A stretch of DNA of 37,999 nt from positions 1 to 37,999 of the forward strand of contig JBDRBK010000033.1 in assembly GCA_043822705.1 (NCBI GenBank), written 5' to 3'. Origin of the DNA: Fidelibacterota bacterium (lineage in GTDB: Bacteria > Fidelibacterota > Marinisomatia > Marinisomatales > TCS56). Each line of letters opens with the position of its first letter. Within the stretch, counting starts at the first letter, position 1. A model generated the notes under the pieces. It searched no databases. It worked only from the letters and a program-made list of their open reading frames with translations, and was not told where the DNA came from. Shown here piece after piece: positions 1 through 8,813 of the stretch. The position numbers were made by a program, and so were the translations under genes.

Positions 1-314
1 TTGGCGCCGGGATCGTCCAGCACCATCTGCAGAACCGGCAGATTATAACATAGTGTTTTGCCACTGGCGGTGGGCGTCACGACAGTGACATTGTTGCCGG
101 CGCGGAGATTGTTCCAGACCGCTGCCTGGTGCGAATACAACCGTTCGACACCACGGGACCGGTAGGCCCGGCGCAGACGTTCGTCGACCGAATCGGGGAA
201 ATCGACAAATTCACCGGCATTCCCCGGGATGTGGCGGACATGGACAAAATTCGGTCCCAGTAGCGGGTGCGCCAGCAGTAATTTTACCAGATCGGGGAAT
301 TGTTCCGGTCGCAT
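1..314 (-). CDS. DEAD/DEAH-box helicase, MrfA/YprA (DUF1998-type) family, N-terminal part; runs off the window edge
   Basis: Not in the ORF track. Manual translation from ATG at 314 gives MRPEQFPDLVKLLLAHPLLGPNFVHVRHIPGNAGEFVDFP...GVERLYSHQAAVW...VTVVTPTASGKTLCYNLPVLQ, which contains the Q-motif (LYSHQ) and Walker A (TASGKT) typical of this family. Confidence 0.85.
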   Translation of the reverse strand, partial: MRPEQFPDLVKLLLAHPLLGPNFVHVRHIPGNAGEFVDFPDSVDERLRRAYRSRGVERLYSHQAAVWNNLRAGNNVTVVTPTASGKTLCYNLPVLQMVLDDPGA

Positions 315-323
315 CAGCGCATC

Positions 324-1298
324 CTACAGGCAGGCCTCGATCTGCTCGATTTCCGAATCGGTCAGCACAATATCACCGGCCGCCAGATTATGCTCCAATT
401 GCTCCAGCGACGTGGCGCCGGTGATGGCCGATGCTACTTCCTCCCGGCGCAGAATCCAAGCCAGCGACAAGTGTACCATACTGTAGCCCCAGTCATCGGT
501 TAACTTCTTCAACCGCGCCACCCGTTCCAGATTATCGTCGGTCAGGTACCGGGACATGAATTTATTACCGTCGCCATCCGAGCGGCTGCCCCGGGGACCA
601 GTTTCTCCTTTTACATATTTTCCGGTCAGAACTCCGTGCGCCAGGGGTGAATAGACAATATTTCCGACGCCCCATTTGCGGCAGACCGGAAACAGGGTTG
701 CCTCGGCGTCCCGCTCCAGCAGATTGTAACAGGGTTGACTGGAAATGAAGCGCGGCCGGTCGCCGCTGACGGACAGTTCCAGGGCTTCGGTCAACTGGTC
801 GCCGTTGAAATTGGAACAACCGACATACAGCACTTTACCCTGCCGGACCAGCAAATCCAGCGCCTCCAGACTTTCCTCCAAAGGGGTGTCATTATCATAA
901 GCGTGAAATTGATACAGGTCGATATAATCCATCCGCAGGCGGCGTAACGATGCTTCGCAGGCTTCGACAATGTGCTTTTTCGACAAACCGGCGCCCATCG
1001 GACCGGGATGCATCCTGCCGAAGACCTTGGTGGCCACCACCAACTGTTCCCGCGGCAGGTTCCGGGCCGCCCGGCCCAGCATTACTTCCGACTGGCCGCT
1101 CGAATAAACATCGGCCATATCGAACAGGTTCACCCCCCGCTCGAATGCCAGTTTGATCATCCGGACCGATAAATCCTCCGCCACCGTGCCGCCCAGGGTC
1201 AGCCAGCCGCCCAGACTGATTTTGCTTACCCGCAGCCCGGACTTCCCCAAGTGCCGGTAATGCATCTCATGGTGGGCCGGTTCGCGCTTCGAAACCAT
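324..1298 (-). CDS. Aldo/keto reductase (Kv-beta/Tas-like)
   Basis: YRHLGKSGLRVSKISLGGW, FDMADVYSSGQSE, ATKV, LRRLRMDYIDLYQFH, GKVLYVGCSN, YSPLAHGVLTGKY; the Asp-Tyr-Lys-His tetrad is present. Start placed at ATG 1298, which has GGAGG upstream, rather than the track start at 1352. Confidence 0.92.
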   Translation of the reverse strand: MVSKREPAHHEMHYRHLGKSGLRVSKISLGGWLTLGGTVAEDLSVRMIKLAFERGVNLFDMADVYSSGQSEVMLGRAARNLPREQLVVATKVFGRMHPGPMGAGLSKKHIVEACEASLRRLRMDYIDLYQFHAYDNDTPLEESLEALDLLVRQGKVLYVGCSNFNGDQLTEALELSVSGDRPRFISSQPCYNLLERDAEATLFPVCRKWGVGNIVYSPLAHGVLTGKYVKGETGPRGSRSDGDGNKFMSRYLTDDNLERVARLKKLTDDWGYSMVHLSLAWILRREEVASAITGATSLEQLEHNLAAGDIVLTDSEIEQIEACL

Positions 1299-1386
1299 AC
1301 TGCCTCCGCTAATTGCTCTTAGTCCGTTTCCGTAACAATACCACCGCCTCAAATTCCGTCAGAATCATTCCTGGCGCCAACTCAAC

Positions 1387-4185
1387 TTAAAAATAAAATC
1401 CCCACTGAACCAACCACCGCCAGCCCCAGCGCGAACCGTGATCCAGCGGATGAGATATCCACAACGGCAGGTATAGTCCCATTTCCAGCAGTGTCTGGGA
1501 TTCGATCCCGATCCCCGCCGAAGCGTATACCGGGTTTTCCCATAATCGGTCCCAGCGTTTCAGCAGATTACCACCGGAACCTTCCACCAGCGCCGCGTCG
1601 ATGTAGACCATCGGCCAGACCGGCAGGCGGGTCTCCGCGCCGATGCTGAAGCCGCCACCCAGAACCGAGTCCCAGCGGCGATCGGCCACCGGCGTGAAGC
1701 CACGAAACAGCGGCACGAATTCCTCGCGCGGTCGCCAAGCCCGCAACTGGTGTTCCAGGCGGTAGCGCAGGTAATCGCTGGGACGGTCGTCCCAAACCAG
1801 GCCATTTTCAAGGTGCGCCCGAGCGATAATAATACCACCCAGATGCTGTTCCACATCACCGATAGCGGAAACCCGGTAAAATACGCCGCCGTTTTTGCGG
1901 ATGGCCTGCCCGGCCAGGACCGCCACCTGCAGGTTCGAACGCTGCTCGCTGTCGTAACGGAAGCGGACATAGTCGCCCTGCAGCGCCAGCATTTTACCCC
2001 GCTCCCATTGGCGATCGGGCGCCGCCGCACTGAATTCAGTGCGCTTTAAAAGTCCTGTCAAGCGCTGGTAGGACGAACGCCGGTTGGCCACCAAGTAGCG
2101 GGTCTTGCCCAGGTAACGGCTCAGCGACAGGGTCTGCTCGTTACGGGGGTACTCCCAACTGGAGCGAACTTCCCAGAAAGTCCGTTCCACCGATCCGAGG
2201 GGTGTCCGATAACCGAATTTAAAACCCCACTGCTGCTTGTCCAGCGCCGGTGACAGGGTCAGTTCCAGGTCAAAGGAATTCTGGTAAAAAGCCGGCAGAA
2301 TCGGCATCAGGTTAAGACCCAGTCCGCCGGATACCCGCATCCCCAGACGCCAGTTGTCGCGCCAGTCCCGACGAATTACCGGCCGGTAGTACAACTTGTA
2401 CACTTCCCAACTGGGCAGACCGTAAATCGGTTGCAGCAGGAAGGAGCGCGGCCAGCGGTTATTGTAACGATTGGAATCGAATGTCCGTTTATCAGGGTCA
2501 AGCCGCGCGCCGATAACTGGACTATCGGTGACTAGGTTGATACTGCTGGACTTGTGAAAACGGACCTGCTCGAAGCGAATTGTATCGCGCTCGGCGGTCA
2601 CAACTTCCAGGTCCACCGGCAGCATCCATTCACCGTCAAAGCCGGTCACAATCCGGTTGTCCCAGCGGCGGTCCTTGCGGCCGGTGGTTTCGACGCCGAT
2701 AATTTTATAATCCGGACGCAGGTTGGTGGTCAGTGCCAGCCGGAAATTGTCGCCAATCTGGTTATTGGTAAATCGATCGATGGTGGCGATAAAGGTTTCG
2801 GTATTGACCGTCCGCCACACATTCTCGGTGGCATAGGCATACATGATCTTGTGCATCAGACTGTCGCCGATCGCCGTCTGCAGCATCTGCAAGGCATGAT
2901 TGCCGACGATATAGCGACTGTACAACTGCGCCTGGTTTTCCCAATCCAGGCGGCGCTCCGGCTGGTATACCGGCGGTACGACCTGGGGACCCAGCAAATC
3001 ATAAATCAGGCGCATGATTTCCTCGGCCGACAGTTTGTCGAAGTCTTTCCAGATCGTCGACAAAGCGCGGGCTGATTCGAAAAATGAGCGTTCCGGATCC
3101 GGTTCTTTGGTCTGCCGGTAAAGCCAGGCGGCATATTCGGTGAACGATTCGTTCAGCCAGGTTTCATAACTGATATCGGCGTTAATGGCATGACCGAACC
3201 ACTGGCGGATTATTTCCCGTGGCAGCAACTGTAGTTCATTATCAATGCCATCCTGAAAAATAATATAATTGGTCGCAGTAATGGAATGGGCATCCAGGGA
3301 ATAGCCCATCGTGATCAGCAGCTTGTCGTGCGGACAGGGACCGAAGCGCTCCCGATAAAATTGAACCAGTTCCGGCAACGCCATGGAAATTTTTCGAGCC
3401 CGATTATGATTCCCCGGCGTAAACAGTAATTCGACCTGCAAACCGTCTATATCCAGTGATTCACGTTCAAAATGATTTCCCAGCACGGCGGAAAAATGCA
3501 GGGCCTGCGGGTAGCGCAGCTTACTGCGAACCAGATCGCTGGTCAGCTCAACGGTCTGCAGCAAGTGTGCCGATGATCCCAAGGTGAATTCTTGCGGATA
3601 ACTGATGGTCACTTCATATTCCGCCAGATTGGCCGCCGGGCGGGCCGGACCGGGACTGTCCGGAAGTTGCCAACCGTCAGTATTGAAAAAAGCCACCCCG
3701 GGATAAAAATTAATCAGGTTATAAATAATCGTGTCCTGGCGGCTCCCGACGGTGGGCAGCCGCTGGCTGGGCCGGTCGGTCAGCCAAGTCTCGAAGGGAA
3801 TATCGATCACCACCGATTCCCCCGGCGCCAGCGCCGGGAACAGTCCGACGGCAGTCACGGCGTCACCGACAGCGGTTACTTTTCCCAGGGACGAACAACG
3901 AATCGCACCGAGCGTTGTCTGTGGCCGCACCGGATCGTCGGAACCGGCAGGAAAATTTGCAGTATTGATCAGGTATATTTCTCCCAACGGCCGGTCCCAG
4001 CCATTGCGAAGCCAGATCCGGTTGATACCGGCTACACTGGCCGTCAGCCCGCCTCCGGCCGGAGAAAACCGCAGGTCCATTTCATAACGGATTTCCAGCG
4101 GTCCCGCTTTCACCAGCTCCAGACTTAACAGAAGGGCGCTAAAAACCAGGCTGGTGCAATATTTCAGGTCAGATTTTCCACCCAA
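1387..4185 (-). CDS. Secreted/outer-membrane M1 (gluzincin) aminopeptidase-like protein with a degenerate zinc motif and probable C-terminal beta-barrel
   Basis: Signal-peptide-like N-terminus; M1 hallmarks (FGPCP, QWFG...WLNESFTEY, LQMLQTAIGD, LDPD...DSNRYNN); the HEXXH position reads REIIR; amphipathic beta-strand C-terminal third ending in WGFYF. The TTG start is uncertain. Confidence 0.7.
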   Translation of the reverse strand: MGGKSDLKYCTSLVFSALLLSLELVKAGPLEIRYEMDLRFSPAGGGLTASVAGINRIWLRNGWDRPLGEIYLINTANFPAGSDDPVRPQTTLGAIRCSSLGKVTAVGDAVTAVGLFPALAPGESVVIDIPFETWLTDRPSQRLPTVGSRQDTIIYNLINFYPGVAFFNTDGWQLPDSPGPARPAANLAEYEVTISYPQEFTLGSSAHLLQTVELTSDLVRSKLRYPQALHFSAVLGNHFERESLDIDGLQVELLFTPGNHNRARKISMALPELVQFYRERFGPCPHDKLLITMGYSLDAHSITATNYIIFQDGIDNELQLLPREIIRQWFGHAINADISYETWLNESFTEYAAWLYRQTKEPDPERSFFESARALSTIWKDFDKLSAEEIMRLIYDLLGPQVVPPVYQPERRLDWENQAQLYSRYIVGNHALQMLQTAIGDSLMHKIMYAYATENVWRTVNTETFIATIDRFTNNQIGDNFRLALTTNLRPDYKIIGVETTGRKDRRWDNRIVTGFDGEWMLPVDLEVVTAERDTIRFEQVRFHKSSSINLVTDSPVIGARLDPDKRTFDSNRYNNRWPRSFLLQPIYGLPSWEVYKLYYRPVIRRDWRDNWRLGMRVSGGLGLNLMPILPAFYQNSFDLELTLSPALDKQQWGFKFGYRTPLGSVERTFWEVRSSWEYPRNEQTLSLSRYLGKTRYLVANRRSSYQRLTGLLKRTEFSAAAPDRQWERGKMLALQGDYVRFRYDSEQRSNLQVAVLAGQAIRKNGGVFYRVSAIGDVEQHLGGIIIARAHLENGLVWDDRPSDYLRYRLEHQLRAWRPREEFVPLFRGFTPVADRRWDSVLGGGFSIGAETRLPVWPMVYIDAALVEGSGGNLLKRWDRLWENPVYASAGIGIESQTLLEMGLYLPLWISHPLDHGSRWGWRWLVQWGFYF

Positions 4186-5100
4186 CTAAAACGCCACCCC
4201 CAGTCCGGCACCGGTCACCCAGCCACCCGGACCATAAAAATAGCCACCACAATCAAAACTGAATCTGGTTCCCTGGAATGACAACCCCAGCCCGCTGGCC
4301 GCCAGAAAATCCCGCCGGACATCATCACCTGGACCCTGCTCAACCTTATCGGCGGAAGTTCCCAGCCGGAGCTGCCAGCCGGGCGCCAAGGTAAACACAC
4401 CACCGACAGCCAGTCCCGGGAGCTCGCCGGTACCGCGGTAAAATACGTCGCCGGTCAATTCCAGGGGCAGGTAGGCTAGCCGCCGGGAGACTCCCAGTAC
4501 AACCATAGTTGGTAAATCATCATCGACGGCGGTATAATTATCAATGACCGTCCCCAGGTTCCGCACGCTGATCCCGACTTTCAGACGAAAACGTTCCAGA
4601 TCGACCAGTACGCCCGGGGTCACGGTCAAGGCCGCCGCCTGGTATTCTTCCAGTTGGCTGAGAAAAATACCAGCCGCAATTCCCCAGCGCAGGAATCCTA
4701 CCGGCCGGCCGGCCACGGCAACAGTCAGCCAGGTGTCGCTGGACGAATAGCTGCCGGTGGAATTGGCGTCCTCATCGTAGCCGTCAAAGTCACCATAGTC
4801 AAGCTGACGGACGGCCAGGCTCCAGGTCCGACCATTGCCGGGCAGAACGACCGCCAGCAGACCGGCTTGAATCCCCGCCGGATAGCGCAGCCAGCCCAGG
4901 TTGCCCTGCCGCCCGGTCGTTTCCAGCGCGGCCGGGTTCAGACGGTCGCTCGCGACCCCGGTGATGACACTGCCGGCGCCGGCCAGCGCCAGAGTCCGGA
5001 CATGATATCCGCTGGTCAATCCGGGGAAACCGGCCTGCAGCGTTCCGAAAAACAGAACTCCGGTCAGGATCAGGGCGTTTTTTCCGATAATTCTTCGCAT
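4186..5100 (-). CDS. PorV/PorQ-like outer-membrane beta-barrel protein (type IX secretion-associated family)
   Basis: Signal peptide, RTLALAGA...NPAAL N-terminal motif, LDYGDFDGYDEDANSTGSYS motif, VRNLG...LP segment, terminal Phe. Confidence 0.65.
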   Translation of the reverse strand: MRRIIGKNALILTGVLFFGTLQAGFPGLTSGYHVRTLALAGAGSVITGVASDRLNPAALETTGRQGNLGWLRYPAGIQAGLLAVVLPGNGRTWSLAVRQLDYGDFDGYDEDANSTGSYSSSDTWLTVAVAGRPVGFLRWGIAAGIFLSQLEEYQAAALTVTPGVLVDLERFRLKVGISVRNLGTVIDNYTAVDDDLPTMVVLGVSRRLAYLPLELTGDVFYRGTGELPGLAVGGVFTLAPGWQLRLGTSADKVEQGPGDDVRRDFLAASGLGLSFQGTRFSFDCGGYFYGPGGWVTGAGLGVAF

Positions 5101-5120
5101 TAATTTCTGGTTACTGTGCT

Positions 5121-7352
5121 TTACATCAGGGATAACGGGTCAACGTCGATCGCCATCCGGACACCGCCGGGAAGTTTATTTTGCCGTGACTCCGGAAAAT
5201 TTTCCGCCAGATAGCGGTGTAATTTACTGCCATTGGGGTCTTTGGTCTTGACGGATTTCAGCACCAGTTGAAACCGGTACAGATTGCGCAGTTTTTCCCG
5301 GTAACAGGGGGCCGGACCCAGAATTTCCAAACCGGCATAACCCTTGCGCAGCAGTTGGCGCTGTTCCCGGGCGCAGGTTTCGACCCGCTCTCGTAATTTG
5401 CCGCTGAATTCCACCCGTACCATCCAACTGAATGGCGTATAATTAAGTTCCCGGCGCTCGCTGAGGGCGATATTGTAGTATTGCTGCAGGTCCAGACGGG
5501 CGGCGTGTTTGATGACCGGATCGTCCGGATTGTAGGTCTGGACCACCACTTCGCCCGGCTTTTGGTGGCGTCCGGCCCGGCCGGCGGCCTGATAAATCAA
5601 CTGGAAGACCCGTTCGCCGGCGCGGAAATCGGGCAGAAACAGTCCGGTATCGGCATTGATTATGCCCACCAGGGTGGCATTACCGAAATCCAGTCCCTTG
5701 GCGATCATCTGCGTCCCCAACAGAATGTCGTACCGTCCCCGGCCAAAATCTTCCAACGCCCGGGTGAGGACGGTTCCACTGCGGGTCGTGTCCAGATCCA
5801 AACGCACCAGCCGGGCGGCGGGAAATGCTTCCGCCAGAACATCCTCCACCTTCTGAGTACCGGTGCCAGCCAGACGCAGATTGGCGCCGCGACATTCGGG
5901 GCAGATGTCCGGTACCCGCTGCAGGGTGTAACCGCAAAAATGGCATTGCAGGAAATCGCCGTGGCGGTGATAGGTCAGGGAAATCTGGCAATGGGGACAG
6001 TTCAGAATTTCGCCGCAGTCGCTGCAACGCAGGATCGGAGCATATCCACGGCGATTCTGAAGTAAGATTATCTGTTCCTTTTTACTCAGGCGATCGGCGA
6101 TCTTTTCCAGCAGTAATCCGGACAGCACCTGTCCCGCCTTGCCGGTCTCCTCCTGCTCCTGGTTCATGTTCACCAGGTGGACACGCGGATAGCGGGCGCC
6201 GCCAAAACGCTCCGACAAGTGCAGGTACTCCAGTTTAGACTGGATTTGATTATAATAACTCTCCAGGCTGGGGGTGGCACTGGCCAGTAGCACTACCGCA
6301 TCATGGAGTTTACCGCGCATCAGGGCCACATCGCGGGCATGGTAGCGCGGCTCCGGCGATTCCTGTTTGTAGGAATGTTCCTGTTCCTCATCAACCACGA
6401 TCAGGCCCAGATTCCGGAGCGGGGTGAAAATGGCGCTGCGGGCGCCGATCACTACGGAATACTGGCCGGCGCAGAGCTGCCGCCAGGTCCAGGCCCGGGC
6501 GGCCGACGTTAATTTGGAATGCCAGAGAGCCACCGTTTCACCGAAAACCGACCGGAAACGGCCGGCGATCTGCGGCGTCAAGGCGATTTCCGGCAGCAGC
6601 AGAATGGCCGTGCGCCCCTGGGCCAGGGCCTGCCGGACCAACTCAATATAAATTTCGGTCTTGCCGCTGCCGGTCACGCCGTGAAGCAGGGCCGGGTGAA
6701 AACGCCGTTCCTCCAGGGCCGTGGAAAGGGTCTGCATTATTCTGCTCTGCTCTTCGGAAAAAACCACTTCCTTGTGGACCGGTGCAAACGTAAAACCGGT
6801 AGCATCCGGGTAGCAGATTTCCTCGCTGAGTTCCACCAGTCCGGATGCTGCCAGCTTCTTACACAACCCGGTGGGATCGCCGACCAACTCTTTCAGTCCC
6901 GCCACGGGAACGGCCCCATTTTCAGCGGACAGGTGCTGCAACAGCCGGGCCTGGGCCGGCCGCCGCTTTTGCAGGGTCGCGAAATCTTCCCCTTGGGATA
7001 GGTGGCGCACTAACTGGCGGGTCGGGGGACGGTAACTGGAGGTGAGACTCTTGGGCAGGGCGGTGCGGGCGGCCTGTCCCAGGGGCGTCAGGTAGTGGCG
7101 GCCGACCCATTTCAGCAGGGTCCAGAGTTTTTCATCCAGGACCGGCAGATCATCCACCAGCGCCGTGACGGCCCGGATTTTACCGGCAAAAGCGGCGGTG
7201 GCGCTCAAACCAACCACGACGCCCTGCACCGTCCGCCGACCCAGCGGTGCTTTTACCCGAACGCCGACCTGGACTCGTTCCCGCAATTCGGCGGGAATTT
7301 CATAGGTGAAGGTCTGGTAACTGGAGATCGGAAAAGCAATTTCGGCATACAT
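5121..7352 (-). CDS. priA: Primosomal protein N' (replication restart helicase PriA)
   Basis: LLHGVTGSGKTEIY, LPEIALTPQ, IVVDEEQE, SATPSLES, four CxxC pairs, ILLGTQMIAKGLDF, QAAGRAGR, DVDP C-terminus. Start placed at ATG 7352 (MYAEIAF). Confidence 0.97.
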   Translation of the reverse strand: MYAEIAFPISSYQTFTYEIPAELRERVQVGVRVKAPLGRRTVQGVVVGLSATAAFAGKIRAVTALVDDLPVLDEKLWTLLKWVGRHYLTPLGQAARTALPKSLTSSYRPPTRQLVRHLSQGEDFATLQKRRPAQARLLQHLSAENGAVPVAGLKELVGDPTGLCKKLAASGLVELSEEICYPDATGFTFAPVHKEVVFSEEQSRIMQTLSTALEERRFHPALLHGVTGSGKTEIYIELVRQALAQGRTAILLLPEIALTPQIAGRFRSVFGETVALWHSKLTSAARAWTWRQLCAGQYSVVIGARSAIFTPLRNLGLIVVDEEQEHSYKQESPEPRYHARDVALMRGKLHDAVVLLASATPSLESYYNQIQSKLEYLHLSERFGGARYPRVHLVNMNQEQEETGKAGQVLSGLLLEKIADRLSKKEQIILLQNRRGYAPILRCSDCGEILNCPHCQISLTYHRHGDFLQCHFCGYTLQRVPDICPECRGANLRLAGTGTQKVEDVLAEAFPAARLVRLDLDTTRSGTVLTRALEDFGRGRYDILLGTQMIAKGLDFGNATLVGIINADTGLFLPDFRAGERVFQLIYQAAGRAGRHQKPGEVVVQTYNPDDPVIKHAARLDLQQYYNIALSERRELNYTPFSWMVRVEFSGKLRERVETCAREQRQLLRKGYAGLEILGPAPCYREKLRNLYRFQLVLKSVKTKDPNGSKLHRYLAENFPESRQNKLPGGVRMAIDVDPLSLM

Positions 7353-7427
7353 CACCGGTGAAAATAGACGGTGTTCTTTGATCGGGGCAATGAAAAAGGC
7401 CACACCTTAATATTATTAATAACCCTA

Positions 7428-8594
7428 TTATCTTCTCCCTACTGCAATAATTGCACGGCTTCCATCAAGAAGATACCCAACAATAACAGCAGTATCCCTA
7501 AAAAATGCCCCAGAATTAGATGAAAAATCATACTCATCAAATAATTGATTATTATGATCCCACGCTGCACCATTATAATGCACGTATTGAAATCCTCCGC
7601 CAACCATATATATATCATTTGGGCTTTGCACCATTAAAGCTCTATAGCTATAATCATATATTCCATTATCTATGATTGACTCTTCAGTCAAATAATTGTA
7701 TTTCCATAATCCTTGTCGAGTTACAAAATATGCAGTATCACCCCAAACACTGACACTTGATATAGCTCCCAAATCACTCGATGATTGTGGTCGCAAATAG
7801 TCTGCGTAATACAACTCTTCAACCACACCCTCATGAATCATTAGTGCAGTAGTATTCGTTGGAATCATTATATCATATCCGGCAGCAAATACATATTCTC
7901 CATCGGAACTACCGCTAACTGAAATCAATTTTGCATAATTTGGAGTTTCCAACTTCTCGCAACTCGAGCCATCCCAATAGACAATAGTTCCTTCATCCCC
8001 AACAAAATATATATCATTTTCATTATGGGCCCATAATTCAGTTACTGATTCATCAGAATTATAAAAATCTCTCTGCCAGATTATATTTGTCTCTAATCCA
8101 TCGTAATGGAAAATGCTGCCAGCGGCAAACCAAATATCATTTTCACTAAAATATTTTATAGCATTCGGTTCCAAAGAAGGGGTGGATACAGTTGGACCGT
8201 CTAATTGAACTATATTCCAGTTTTCACCGTCCCACACTATTGCACCGAAATATGTACTATCATTGCTTATTTTTCCAACAGCCCATATTTCACCATCATC
8301 AGTTATAGTGACATTATTAAAATAACTTAAACTGACACCAAAAGAATCTATTTCCCAAACAAAATTATGGCTGGTGGTGTCCCTTAAACATTCTGTCTGA
8401 TCATCATTCCAATGATAACCCGATTCACATTGGCAATCTTGCCCGTCAGTGCTCAGTATTTGGTGCGGACCACATTCCAACGGGTCAGCCGCTGGTTCCC
8501 GACAACCGATAGCACATATGACCAACCAGATGAAAAATATTAGCAGCGCTAAAATTGTGTATTTATCGGATTTTCCCACGGTTTGACGGTACAT
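7428..8594 (-). CDS. AT-rich hypothetical lipoprotein with a Cys-rich EGF-like module and WD/YDG-repeat beta-propeller-like body
   Basis: Hydrophobic leader ending AIG-C31 (lipobox); C41...CQC...C69 module; repeated IWAVG / WDGENW / IFHYDG / IVYWDG / VHYNG units; markedly lower GC than the flanks. Confidence 0.7.
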   Translation of the reverse strand: MYRQTVGKSDKYTILALLIFFIWLVICAIGCREPAADPLECGPHQILSTDGQDCQCESGYHWNDDQTECLRDTTSHNFVWEIDSFGVSLSYFNNVTITDDGEIWAVGKISNDSTYFGAIVWDGENWNIVQLDGPTVSTPSLEPNAIKYFSENDIWFAAGSIFHYDGLETNIIWQRDFYNSDESVTELWAHNENDIYFVGDEGTIVYWDGSSCEKLETPNYAKLISVSGSSDGEYVFAAGYDIMIPTNTTALMIHEGVVEELYYADYLRPQSSSDLGAISSVSVWGDTAYFVTRQGLWKYNYLTEESIIDNGIYDYSYRALMVQSPNDIYMVGGGFQYVHYNGAAWDHNNQLFDEYDFSSNSGAFFRDTAVIVGYLLDGSRAIIAVGRR

Positions 8595-8775
8595 CTAATT
8601 AGATTTATTATTTACTCTGAAACTACAATGGCAGTATAACCACTATCAATTCTCATTTTAATCAAATTGACAAACCCCGCCATTTACCCTCCCCGATCAG
8701 CCTAATGGCTGCGTACTACTCCAAAGAGTGTATCTAATAAGAAACGATTAAATAATTAAACCCTGACAATCCCAT

Positions 8776-8806
8776 TGTGCCCTCTGCGTTCTCCGCGGCT
8801 CTGTGG
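8776..8806 (-). repeat. Short 9-nt-period imperfect repeat element (CACAGAGCC/GCGGAGAAC/GCAGAGGGC)
   Basis: The minus strand reads CCACAGAGCCGCGGAGAACGCAGAGGGCACA, with three (A/G)GAG cores spaced 9 nt apart, immediately after the UbiA stop. Confidence 0.4.
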
Positions 8807-8813
8807 CAAAATA

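Noticed and set aside
8667..8700. TTGACA on the plus strand as a sigma70 -35 box
   Set aside because: No -10 element at a suitable spacing and no credible plus-strand gene downstream.
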